This document shows positions 41,358 to 52,319 of a stretch of 64,000 nt of DNA, one piece after another (within the stretch, counting starts at the first letter, position 1; every line of letters begins with the position of its first letter). The notes under the pieces were generated by a model. That model was given only the letters and a program-made list of their open reading frames with translations, was not told the DNA's origin and did not search any database. Where the stretch lies: the NCBI RefSeq assembly GCF_006345805.1, contig NC_043004.1:52576001-52640000 (forward strand), given 5' to 3'. The translations under genes and the position numbers were made by a program. This stretch comes from Octopus sinensis. Lineage: Eukaryota.

Positions 41358-41385
41358 TTATTATTATTATTTTTGTTGTTGTTGT

Positions 41386-41427
<42 letters not shown>

Positions 41428-42180
41428 CAGCAGTAGTAATAGTAGTAGTAGTAATAGTAGTAGTATGGCGACAAACTGGCAGAATCATTTGCATGCCGCG
41501 AAAAGGCTTGGCGGCATTTCGTTCGTCTTTATGATCTGAGTGCAAATTCCGCCGAGGTCGACTTTGTATTTCCTCGAAAAATTAGGAGTAGAAGTAACAC
41601 TAATTGTTTTTGTTGTTGCTGATGTACAAAAATTCTGTTGTTTTTATTGATATCACAATTTGATTTTCACATGAATAACAATATTTGGTCTTCATTAAAT
41701 GCGCTTGACCTTTCGTCAATATATTTCTATAGTCATTACTTTATTATTTAAATTTTGTCAATTCTCTTAAACACAATATCTATGCTGTATCACATTCGTT
41801 GTACATCTGAAATAGGATAATTCCAATATTAATGTTTCGAAGCAATTAAAAAAATATTTTACTTGCTTTTTAATTCAGCTTATTTAGCATGCATTGACAT
41901 GCTGCTCGAACTCCTAGTCATGCGTAAAACACAAACCACCACCACCACCACCACCACCACCACCACGTTACAGTACTAAACTGCTGCCCAGATAATAGCT
42001 ATTCTTTGTCGAAATTCCACCGCACAACCTACAGTGTCCCTCGCATTGATACTGGACACCAATATGAATATTGAATTCCATTCATTTATAAGGTTGATAC
42101 ATTTAAAATTTAAATTCTCAGTTTTAACTTTCATTCAAATATCTTCATCTACCTCCAAATAACTTTTACAAACAATTACA

Positions 42181-42411
42181 TTCTTCTTCTTCTTCTTCTT
42201 CTTCTTCTTCTTCTTCTTCTTCTTCTTCTTCTTCTTCGTTTTCTTCTTATTCTTATTCTTCCTTTTCTTCATCTTCCTGATGATGATGATGTTCTTCTTG
42301 TTGCTCAACATTTGGTAGCTTCAGGCAAAATTCTACTGCATCACCTGCAACACTTCCGAGTGGGGTGTGTGCTGTATTGTGCTGTTCTTCCTGATATTGA
42401 ACTGCATCGGG

Positions 42412-42443
<32 letters not shown>

Positions 42444-42728
42444 CTTCTTTTCTCTTCTTCTTCTTCTTCTTCTTCTTCTTCTTCTTCTTCTTCTTCTCTT
42501 CTTCTCCTTCTTCTTCTTCTTTCTCTTCCACTTCTCCTTCTTCTTTTTCTTCTACATCTTCTTCTTCTTCTCCTTCTTCTTCTTTTTCTTCTACATCTTC
42601 TTCTTTTTCTTCTTCTACCTCTTCTACCTCTTCTACTTCTTCTTTTTCTTCTTCTAGCTCTTCTTCTTCTTCTTCTTCCTCTCCTTCGTATTATTATTAT
42701 TATTACTATTATTATTATTATTATTATT

Positions 42729-42800
<72 letters not shown>
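42181..42800. repeat. (CTT)n/(ATT)n microsatellite block
   Basis: Visible triplet repeats. Confidence 0.95.
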
Positions 42801-42801
<1 letters not shown>

Positions 42802-42950
42802 GAAATCTCACAGCTTTTGCTGGATATGATGGAAAGTGTCAGCTATTCACAGCCAGTTAACTAAGGTGATAATTCTTTATTAGTCATACTTCAGGAACCC
42901 TGCGAAGAATACTTGCAGTTTCAAGCAACCCGTATTTTTAAGGTGCTCCG
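42801..42950 (-). mobile_element. R4/Dong-type 3' end, same family as 47856-48885
   Basis: Reverse complement aligns with about 48755-48880; flanked by (ATT)n. Confidence 0.7.
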
Positions 42951-42952
42951 TT

Positions 42953-43023
<71 letters not shown>

Positions 43024-43025
<2 letters not shown>

Positions 43026-43189
43026 TATGTTTGACTTTTGCTTTACATTTGCACAAGCTGGCTCCGAGTCTCACCCAGAGACCTCAAGAGACAACATGTT
43101 GGAAGTTCGTGTTGGTGTTATGCCTAGGGTGCCATATATTTGGTTTTGTACTTAGTGTTGTACTAGTGAATGCCTAATTATTATTATTA

Positions 43190-43228
<39 letters not shown>

Positions 43229-43530
43229 CATCATCATCATCATCATCATCATTCATCATTATTATTATTATATTATTATATTATTATATTATTATTAATA
43301 TATTATTATTATTAATATTATTATTATTAATATTATTATTATTATTATTATTATTATATTATTATTACTATGTTATATTATGTTTGACTTATGCTTTGTA
43401 TTTGTACAAATTGGTTCTAACTGACACTCAGAAACCTCAAGAGACAAAAAGTTAGATCTTCATGATTGTGTTATGCCTAGGGTGCCTTATGTTTGGTTTT
43501 CCACGTAGCATTGTTTCAGAGAAAGCTTAA
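43024..43530 (-). mobile_element. Two related ~150-bp retroelement 3' ends (43024-43175 and 43378-43530) in (ATT)n
   Basis: Both share tatgtttgactt.tgcttt...acctcaagagacaa...gtgttatgcctagggtgcc and abut (ATT)n. Confidence 0.6.
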
Positions 43531-43802
43531 GAACATCATCAGTATCATCGTCATCATCACCATCATTATAATACTATTACTAAAACTAGTTGTAGTTTTG
43601 ACATTGAGTAAGGTGGTGGAGGTATGGACGCCCCGGAAATGCCAGATAAGATATATACATATATAACGGCGGTGCCCCAATATGGCCGCATCTTTTCAGT
43701 TCAAATATATATACATATATGTATATCTTACCATGGGCTCCTAGGGAGCGTTTTGTTTGAATAGCTTGCTGCGCATTTGTTTTGGAGATTTATATTCCTG
43801 GT

Positions 43803-43886
43803 TTTTCCTGAAGAGAAAGCTGCAAAATGGTCTCCTTATTCAATCCGAATTTGGAATTTTGCAGCCTTTGAAACATGTGTAGAAAA
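43803..43886 (+). ncRNA. Minimal type I hammerhead ribozyme (predicted) in a ~370-bp TA-flanked element (about 43726-44096)
   Basis: ttttc-CTGAAGA-gaaagctgcaaaat...attttgcagccttt-GAAAC-atgt-GTA-gaaaa: 5-bp stem I, 13/14-bp stem II, intact core, GUA triplet. Confidence 0.8.
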
Positions 43887-44095
43887 TAATAAAAAGGAAT
43901 TTTGTAGAATCTTCTTTCAGCTCCATTTCTTCCCTTCACTAAAATATATAAAACTTCAATTATCCGCGCTAAGGCACGGTTGCGACACCCCATGGTCGTA
44001 ACCTCAACCGTGTTTTTTCTGTTGTGATTTTTGCTACCCAGGTATCGGTTAAATTTTGAATAATCCGTAACAAGATAATTCATTTATCCATTTCA

Positions 44096-44151
<56 letters not shown>

Positions 44152-44152
44152 C

Positions 44153-44197
<45 letters not shown>

Positions 44198-44310
44198 GTT
44201 TTATCCTTAATTAAAATCTTAGGGTAGGAAGAATATTCATAGAAAGATTCTTAGTTACCAGTGGTCTAGCGAGAAGGAAAAAGTTAGTCAATAGACTATA
44301 TATTATTCAA

Positions 44311-44660
44311 AGAAAAGTACAGTGTACATTCAAACAAAAAAGAGATAACCGAAGAATTGCATATCGTACTCGCAGGAAAGAGCAGTTAAAACTCCAAGCC
44401 ACCAATTGTTGTAATTCCGAAAGTGATTGGAAAATTAAAAAAAATTACCTTAATCCTAGACCCTGCAAGTTTTCTGCAGACTTAAATACAGACTGAAATA
44501 AAATAGTCTCAGCCTATATCTGGCGCTGCTTCTTCAGTAGGTTGCCAGGACTGAATACATAGGCACGGGGCGATAAATAAACCGCCACGTGTCTATAGCG
44601 AGTCAGATATCCTATTCTTCGGGTATCTCTTTTGTGTTTGAACGTACACTGTACTCTTCT
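44311..44660. repeat. Fold-back element with ~62-bp inverted arms (44311-44373 and 44598-44660) near TA tracts
   Basis: agaaaagtacagtgtacattcaaacaaaaaagagataaccgaagaat versus its diverged reverse complement. Confidence 0.8.
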
Positions 44661-45739
44661 TCTGATATATATATATATATATGAGAGTGAGAAAAGACAT
44701 ACACATGCAAATAGACAGACAGTCACAAGTATAACCATATGTAGTGCGTCTTGTGCTTGCATGTGTGTGTGTGTCTCCGTGAGTGTGCGCGTGTGTGTGT
44801 GTGTGTGTTGGCATGTGGGTCCGTATATGCGTTTGTGTCAAAGTAATATGTTGATATAATGTAGAATTTCGTCGTGTTTTCTTCATATATCTATTATTGT
44901 AAAACACATTTCTTTCATGAAGAAGAAATCGTTAATACCACTGAACATTTTCTTCATATGGCTGCGTGTGTTAACTTAAGTATACGTGTGTATAAACCTG
45001 AATGTTTATATATGTTTATGCAGACAGAGTGAATATTTTTTTCACTGAAAAACTCATTTTTATCGATTTTCTGACATGACACGTTAAATCACAGACTTAA
45101 AATTTTTCTGTAATTTTATAAGCATGCACTATCGTTTCATAAGCAAACAATACATTAGAAACGTAACTAACTATAAGTCGTCCATGAATATTATTTCATT
45201 GGGGGTAGTATTTCCCAAATAAGGAATTATGTTCAATAAAAATAGATGTAATAAGTTAAAGTTATTTCATTTGATGTAAATAATGTTGCTAGATTATCAT
45301 AATATAATTACTTTCAAATCGTTTCAGTAGAAAAATCCTTTATAGAATATAAGAACAAAATGCACACCCCGTCCAATGGATAGTGCTGAGTTGTCAAACA
45401 TTTAAACAAAATTTTCTCAAAACAACTTGTCCGACCGTCCCATAGGCCTCCCCTGTGAGAAACATTGATTGAACCTAAATTTGAGACCAGCAAAAGAAGA
45501 AATAAAGATAGACGTTTTTCTATTTCAAAGAAAAACGATTTTTTCATACAAATATGCAACCGAAGATTTTAAAGGACCAGTAATGATAAGGCTGTTGATT
45601 GGGAGAACACAAACATTGTGTAAACAGTAAGCTTGTCAGGAAAGAAACGTGCCTTTAAGTAGTACAAAAACAACGAAAAATAGAAGGTGCAGTTATGTAC
45701 GGGTTGACGGATGAAAAGCAGGACAAAAACGGCTTTATC

Positions 45740-45905
45740 GATCGCATTCTCACCTGGAATCGATTTTTGTAATTCTTTCACGACTCATACACGCCCTGAT
45801 ACCATCGGTATCTACATATTAAATTTGAGCGCAATCGGATGGAGGATGCCCGAGATCCTAGAAGACACACACAGAGACAGCCAGAACGGATTTTATATAA
45901 TAGAT
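45740..45905 (+). mobile_element. Possible Helentron/HINE (Lep1-like) non-autonomous element 3' end
   Basis: aaatttgagcgcaatcggatg...acacacagagacag...ttttatataatagat architecture; resemblance only. Confidence 0.35.
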
Positions 45906-46193
45906 ATTTCATTGATTATTAATTTTATTATAACATTTATTTATGTCTTCTTCACTGCGTCAGTCTGTTTCTTTCGAGGGTTTACTTCACAATTGTTCCA
46001 AAGACCAACATTTTTCTTCTGGCGATTCGTTGGGAATGTCAAAATTGCTGGTTGACGAAATCAGCAAACAGATGAATGTATGCACATATTGCAATCCGAT
46101 TAATTGAATACCCGTGTGATTCTTTAGCAAACATGCTCCTGCTGCTGCTGCTACTACTACTACTACTATTACTACTACTACTACTACTACTAT

Positions 46194-46228
<35 letters not shown>

Positions 46229-46640
46229 ATGGCGGGCCTGCGACAAACGTTAGCACGCCGGGCAAGATGCTTCACGGCATTTTGTCCTCGATGCGTTTTG
46301 GGTTCACATTCCGATAAGGTCGACATTGCCTTTCAGCCTTCGCAGTCGATAAAATAAGAAACAATCGAGCGCTGGGGTCGATGTGATCGACCATCTCGCA
46401 AAACTGAAACCAATAATTAGAATAATAGTAATGAGGATAATAATAATCTTTTCTCCTACAGGTACAAGGCCTGAAATTTTGGGGGGGGGGACGGCAATGG
46501 TCGATTAGATCGATCCCAGTACTCAACTGGTACTTAATTTATCCAGCCTGAAGGATTAAAAGTGACGTCAATCTCAGCGGAATTTGAACTAAGATCGTAG
46601 CGATGGGCAAGATACCGCAAAGCATTTAATGCTCGCCGGC

Positions 46641-46703
<63 letters not shown>

Positions 46704-47253
46704 GACATACATTGGAAGCTATGCCAACATTATGGTATAACAACAGAAAAAAGATGGTATAGGCACACACCAGAAAAGGTCACAGAAAACGAGAAAGCGA
46801 CCATCCTCTGGGATATGCCGAAACACACAGATAGAGAAATTAAGGCCAACAGGCCACATATAGTTGTCAGAGATCATGAAGAAAAAAAATGCTTTCTAAT
46901 TGATGTATCAATACCGGCTGATGACAACGTGTATCTAAAAGAAATGGAGAAACTCTCAAAATACAAAGACCTGGAAATAGAGGTAACTAGAATGTGGAAT
47001 CTGAAAACAGAAACAATTCCTATCATAGTAGGTGCATTAGGCATTATAAAACAATATTCAGACAAATACATATCAAAAACACCAGGACTTAGAAACACAT
47101 ATAACGTACAGAAAATTGCACTACTAGGCACTGCACACATCCTACGCAGAACACTTTCCTTTACAATAACCATCAGAGCATCACAACAAATCACGGCACA
47201 CAGAGCTGCGCTCGGTAGTGAAGTGAAAGCACGCTATAAAAATAAAACTACTG
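46704..47253 (+). mobile_element. 5'-truncated R4/Dong-type element (restriction-like endonuclease and 3' UTR) in (AAT)n
   Basis: IHWKLCQHYG...ILWDMPKHTDREIKANRPHIVV...LIDVSIPAD..EKLSKY..IPIIVGALG..QKIALLGTAHILRR (PD-(D/E)xK REL domain); (AAT)n on both sides. Confidence 0.9.
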
Positions 47254-47279
47254 AATAATATAATAATAATAATGATAAT

Positions 47280-47329
<50 letters not shown>

Positions 47330-47346
47330 TAATTATAATAATAATA

Positions 47347-47417
<71 letters not shown>

Positions 47418-47685
47418 AATAATAATAATAATAATAACAATAACAATAAAAATAATAATAATAATAATATAATAATAATGATAATAATAATAATAATGAT
47501 AATTATAATAATAATAATAATAATGATAATTATAATAATAATAATAGTAATAATAATAATAATAATAATAATTATAATAATAATGATGATGATGATGATG
47601 ATGTGATGATGATAATAATAATAATAAAATAATAATAATAACAATAACAATAATAATAATAATAATAATAATAATGATAATAATA

Positions 47686-47748
<63 letters not shown>

Positions 47749-47777
47749 TAATAATAATAATGATAATAATAATAATA

Positions 47778-47855
<78 letters not shown>
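47254..47855. repeat. ~600-bp (AAT)n/(GAT)n microsatellite
   Basis: Visible triplet repeat. Confidence 0.95.
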
Positions 47856-48882
47856 TCACATGGCTTCTGATCTTAACCCTCTCACCTTAAGCCGGATGGA
47901 ATAAAATCCAAGCTGTCAATACGTGACAGATAGCATCACTTTGTTATGGCGCTAAAATTATGAAATGGCAAATGAGAGAAAACCAGAAAAATGTTGACAG
48001 CACACGCTAAGATAGGCTGTACTTGTGAAGACGAAAGGTTGCGAGAGCTTTGTTCAGTTGCCAAGAGGGTATTGGAGCAGAGGAAAACAGCTTAAGTTGG
48101 TATATAAAAACGTCGTGGAGCCACTGTTGAAACACACGAAAAGGACCGGAGTCATCAAGACTTACTAAAGAAATAGTAAGAAAGAGAAAATATATGGTCA
48201 GTTTGTGAAAACCAAGACAGACACAGGGAGCTGGCGGCTATGGATGAGGAGGAGTGATCTGAAGATAGAGCAGAATCACTCATATGCACAGCTCGGGTAC
48301 ACGCGTTAAGGACCAACTATATGAAGTATAGAATAGACAAAACTACCGATAGCAACAAATTCAAAATGTGTGGTGAGAGGGGTGAAGGGGTATGGCACAT
48401 CGTTGGCTAATACCCGAAACTGGCACCAATCGATAAAAAAAGACCCCATGACAATGTGTCAAGAATAATCCATTCGGAGATCTGTGAAAATCATGGCCTA
48501 CAAAGAACAAAGACAACGCATTGATCCCCGGTGACAACAGGATCAATTCGAAAGAAGAAGAAAAAATAAACTACTATGACGATTTCAAGTGAGAAATACA
48601 AATTTTGTGGTCAATGAAAAGAATAGACGTGATACCAATAATAATTAGTGCACTTGGAATTATCAGCACTGAATTATCAGTGGAATTGGAATTATCAGCC
48701 AGGATGAAAAAGATTGATGCAATAGAGAAGGTAGAACACCTACAAAAATCAGCATTGCTTGGAACTGTAAGAATTTTTCGCAGGGTTCTTGAAGCATGAG
48801 CAAGAGAAGTGTAACCTTAGTCTGTTGGCTGTGGACTGGTGATACCTTCCATCATATCCAGCAAAATAGGCTGTTGAGTTTT

Positions 48883-48885
<3 letters not shown>
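47856..48885 (+). mobile_element. Decayed R4/Dong-type 3' fragment, second family
   Basis: IYGQFV, WMRRSDLK, ALRTNYMKYRIDK, WSMKRIDVIPIIISALG, HLQKSALLGTVRIFRRVLEA*. Confidence 0.8.
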
Positions 48886-48915
<30 letters not shown>

Positions 48916-49099
48916 TAATAATAATAAAATAATAATAATAATAATAATAATAAACATTATAATTTTTAAAATACTCACAGGAAATTGTAGATATCCCAGT
49001 CTTTGAGAATTATTTTTCAGTTGACTTGCTGGGCTTATTAGTGTTTCTGTGTCTTGAGCTACTGAATGGTCAGAGTAGCAAAGAACACGTCCAACTGCT

Positions 49100-50198
49100 G
49101 AAAAGTTGATACCACATGACATTAAAAGTCAAAGGTTTTGGAGTGACATCTGGAGTAAAGACAAGGAGCACAAGAAGGATGCTGAATGGCTGCAAGAACT
49201 GAAAAAAACAATTGTCTGTCCAGGCAGAACTAGTCATTTCAGTAAGGGAAGTGAAGGAAATCAACCAAAAAAAATGGGCGACTTGAAGGCCCCGCCACAA
49301 GATGGCTACTGGATCAAAAGATTTAGTGAATGTCATGTTCGAATAGCCGCACAACTCAACACCTTGTTAAATGCCGACCAAGTAACACAAGAGTGGTTGA
49401 CATTGGGTAGGGCAGTGTTGTGCCTGAAAAACATCAAATAAAGGCAATACAGTAGACAATTACGGGCCGATATCTTGCTTGCCATTTATGTGGAAATTTA
49501 CTGACTGGAATAGTCGCAGAATCAATGTAAAGATATCTGGGGAAAAATGGAGTCCTGCCAGACAAGCAGAAGTGTTGGAAGCGTAAGTTTAGAGGTGCCG
49601 AGAATCAACTCCTGGTAGACAAATCTGTACTTAGAGATTGCAAGTGGAGGAAAACTATGTAAATATTGCAAAAAATAAAGAATTGTAGAAGCACTTAAGA
49701 ATGAATGAAACTGAAAATAGGTGGATAAAGAAAAGAGTGCATGGACAATTTCATAGGGATGCTGAAGATAAGACAGACAAAGAAAAAAGATAGCTATGGA
49801 TGACTGAAATTGATTTAAAACCAGAAAAGGAGACTCTAATCTGTGCTGCCTACGAGCAAGCACTAAGAATCAGTTACATCAAATACAGTATTAGAAAACA
49901 CATCAGAAACTGATAAGTGCAGAATTTGTGGACAAATAGTGAAACGGTATGGCATATTACCAGACAATGTAAGACACTAGTCCAGAAAGAATATCAGATT
50001 GTCCATTGACACTTTACAGCAAGCATAGACTTGAAAGAGCAAAAAAGCGGTACGCACTTAAACCTGAAGGCATCGTCGAAAATGAAAATGATAACATCCT
50101 ATGTGGTTATATGAAAAATAAGGGTTGTTACTTTAGTTCACTGGTAGTGAAGAGCTGGCATCGTAGTACATCACCAGCGATGGAAGCTGTGCAAAGAC
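49100..50198 (+). mobile_element. Internally deleted R4/Dong-type element, third family
   Basis: QRFWSDIWSKDKEHKKDAEWL, WLTLGRAVLCLK, NYGPISCLPFMWK, then HGQFHRD, ETLICAAYEQALR, CRICG; 3' UTR ends in (AAT)n. Confidence 0.8.
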
Positions 50199-50278
<80 letters not shown>

Positions 50279-50351
50279 TGACGACGACGACAACGACGAC
50301 GACAACGACGACGACGACGACGACTACGACCATGATGATGATGATGATGAT

Positions 50352-51152
50352 GAAAGATCCCAGCAATGGTTGAGAAGCTCAAGACTCAAAGCAGAAACAG
50401 AGGGATTTTTAATTGCAGCACAAGACCAAAGCCTCCCCACCAGAAATTACCAAAAACATGTAATGAAAAGAAATATTACAAGTAACTGCAGAATATGTGG
50501 AGATGGACAAGAAACAATAAATCATATTATCTCTAGCTGCCCAGTCCTGGCTAAGAATGAATATATTCACATACATGACAGAGTTGGGACCTACATACAC
50601 TGGAAGCTATGCCAACATTATGGAATAGCAACAGAAAAAAGATGGTATAGGCACACACCAGAAAAGGTCACAGAAAACGAGAAAGCAACCATACTCTGGG
50701 ATATGCCGATACACACAGATAGCGAAATTAAGGCCAACAGACCAGATATAGATGTCAGAGATCATGAAGAAAAAACTGCTTTCTAAATGATGTATCAACA
50801 CCGGCAGATGACAACGTGTCTCTAAAAGAAGTGGAGAAACTTTCAAAATACAAAGAGCTTGAAATAGAGGTAACCAGAATGTGGAATCTAAAAACAGAAA
50901 CAATTTCTATCATAGTAGGTGCATTAGGCATTATAAAACAATATTCAGACAAATGCATAACAAAAACACCAGGACTTACAAACACATAACTTACAGAAAA
51001 TTTCACTACTAGGCACTGCACACATCATACGCAGAACGCTTTCCTTTACAATAACCATCAGAGCATCACAACAAATCACAGCACGTGCCCAAGGCACAAA
51101 GAGCTGCGCTCGGTTGTTAAGTGAAAGCACGCTATAAAAATCAAACTACTGA
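50352..51152 (+). mobile_element. 5'-truncated R4/Dong-type element, same family as 46704-47253
   Basis: ETEGFLIAAQDQSLPTRNY..CRICG..ETINHIISSC (CCHC) and ANRPDIDV; near-identical 3' UTR ending aaactactg(aat). Confidence 0.9.
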
Positions 51153-51164
51153 ATGATGATAATG

Positions 51165-51206
<42 letters not shown>

Positions 51207-51242
51207 GTGATAATAGTAATGATAATAATAATAATAATAATA

Positions 51243-51623
51243 TGATGCAGTACCAGGCAGTGGCTCTCATGGCTTCTGATCTTAACTGATTGGAAGTGTT
51301 ATCATGTACATTGTTTTGTCTTGGTATAAAAGATGGGCTACAGCAAATATTCTGCTCAATACCACAGATTTGCTTGTCAGTTGAGCATGTCCCTTAGTGG
51401 CTGACGATATGTGCATCTCTGATCACGAGCAGAAGTAGTGGGGGAGCCCCACCTACAAGGTCATGTGCTGTTTATCTTGATATGAGATCACCATGTCGCG
51501 CACATATGGTTGTGATGCATGTGCCTGGTGTACCCTTATCAGACGGGTAGTCATGATGGGTATATTGGGCTTCGTATATTTTACCCCAGTGTCACTTTGA
51601 TGGCATGCACTGCTCTCTCACTC

Positions 51624-51624
<1 letters not shown>
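51243..51624 (+). mobile_element. Non-coding (AAT)n-associated element (copy 3, internally deleted)
   Basis: Homologous to 15308-15778 with deletions; (AAT)n on both sides. Confidence 0.8.
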
Positions 51625-51693
<69 letters not shown>

Positions 51694-51721
51694 GTAATAA
51701 TAAAATTGATAATAATAATAA

Positions 51722-52158
51722 CAGATCCTATGGGATTTTATGATTTAGTGCGCCATAAGATAGAAAATAGGAAGCCAGAAAAAGTCTTAATTGAGAAAGA
51801 AAGTAAACTACGCTGAATCATAGATATATCATGCCCAGCTGACAACAAGGTATGCGATAAAAAGAAATAGAGATATGAAAGGTTAGCTTTGGGAGATTAA
51901 GCAGTTGCGGTCGATGAAAAAGATGGTAGTAGTGCCAATAGTTGTCGGAGCCCTGGGAACAGTGAGTAAAAATCTTGTGAAGTATAAGGAACAAATAGGG
52001 GCTGCAATACGGGTGGAGAACTTGCAGAAATCAGCACTGGTTTGAATCGCATAAATACTTCGGAAGGTGCTCGAAAAATGAGGGTTTTACCTTAGTTTAC
52101 TGGTAGTGAACAGCTGACATCGTAGTACATCTCCAGCGTTAGAATCTGAACAAAGGCA
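51722..52158 (+). mobile_element. R4/Dong-type 3' fragment related to 49100-50198
   Basis: ILWDF..IENRKPE..IIDISCPAD..VVVPIVVGALG..LQKSAL; 3' UTR similar to 50120-50198. Confidence 0.8.
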
Positions 52159-52164
52159 ATAATA

Positions 52165-52223
<59 letters not shown>

Positions 52224-52280
52224 GTAAGAAGAAGAAAAATAGGAAGAGAAAGGAGAGGAAGAAGAAAAGGAAGGAGAAGA

Positions 52281-52319
<39 letters not shown>

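Noticed and set aside
42253-42811. Arg-rich, protamine-like ORF and poly-Leu ORF
   Set aside because: Translation of (CTT)n/(ATT)n repeats; no gene structure.
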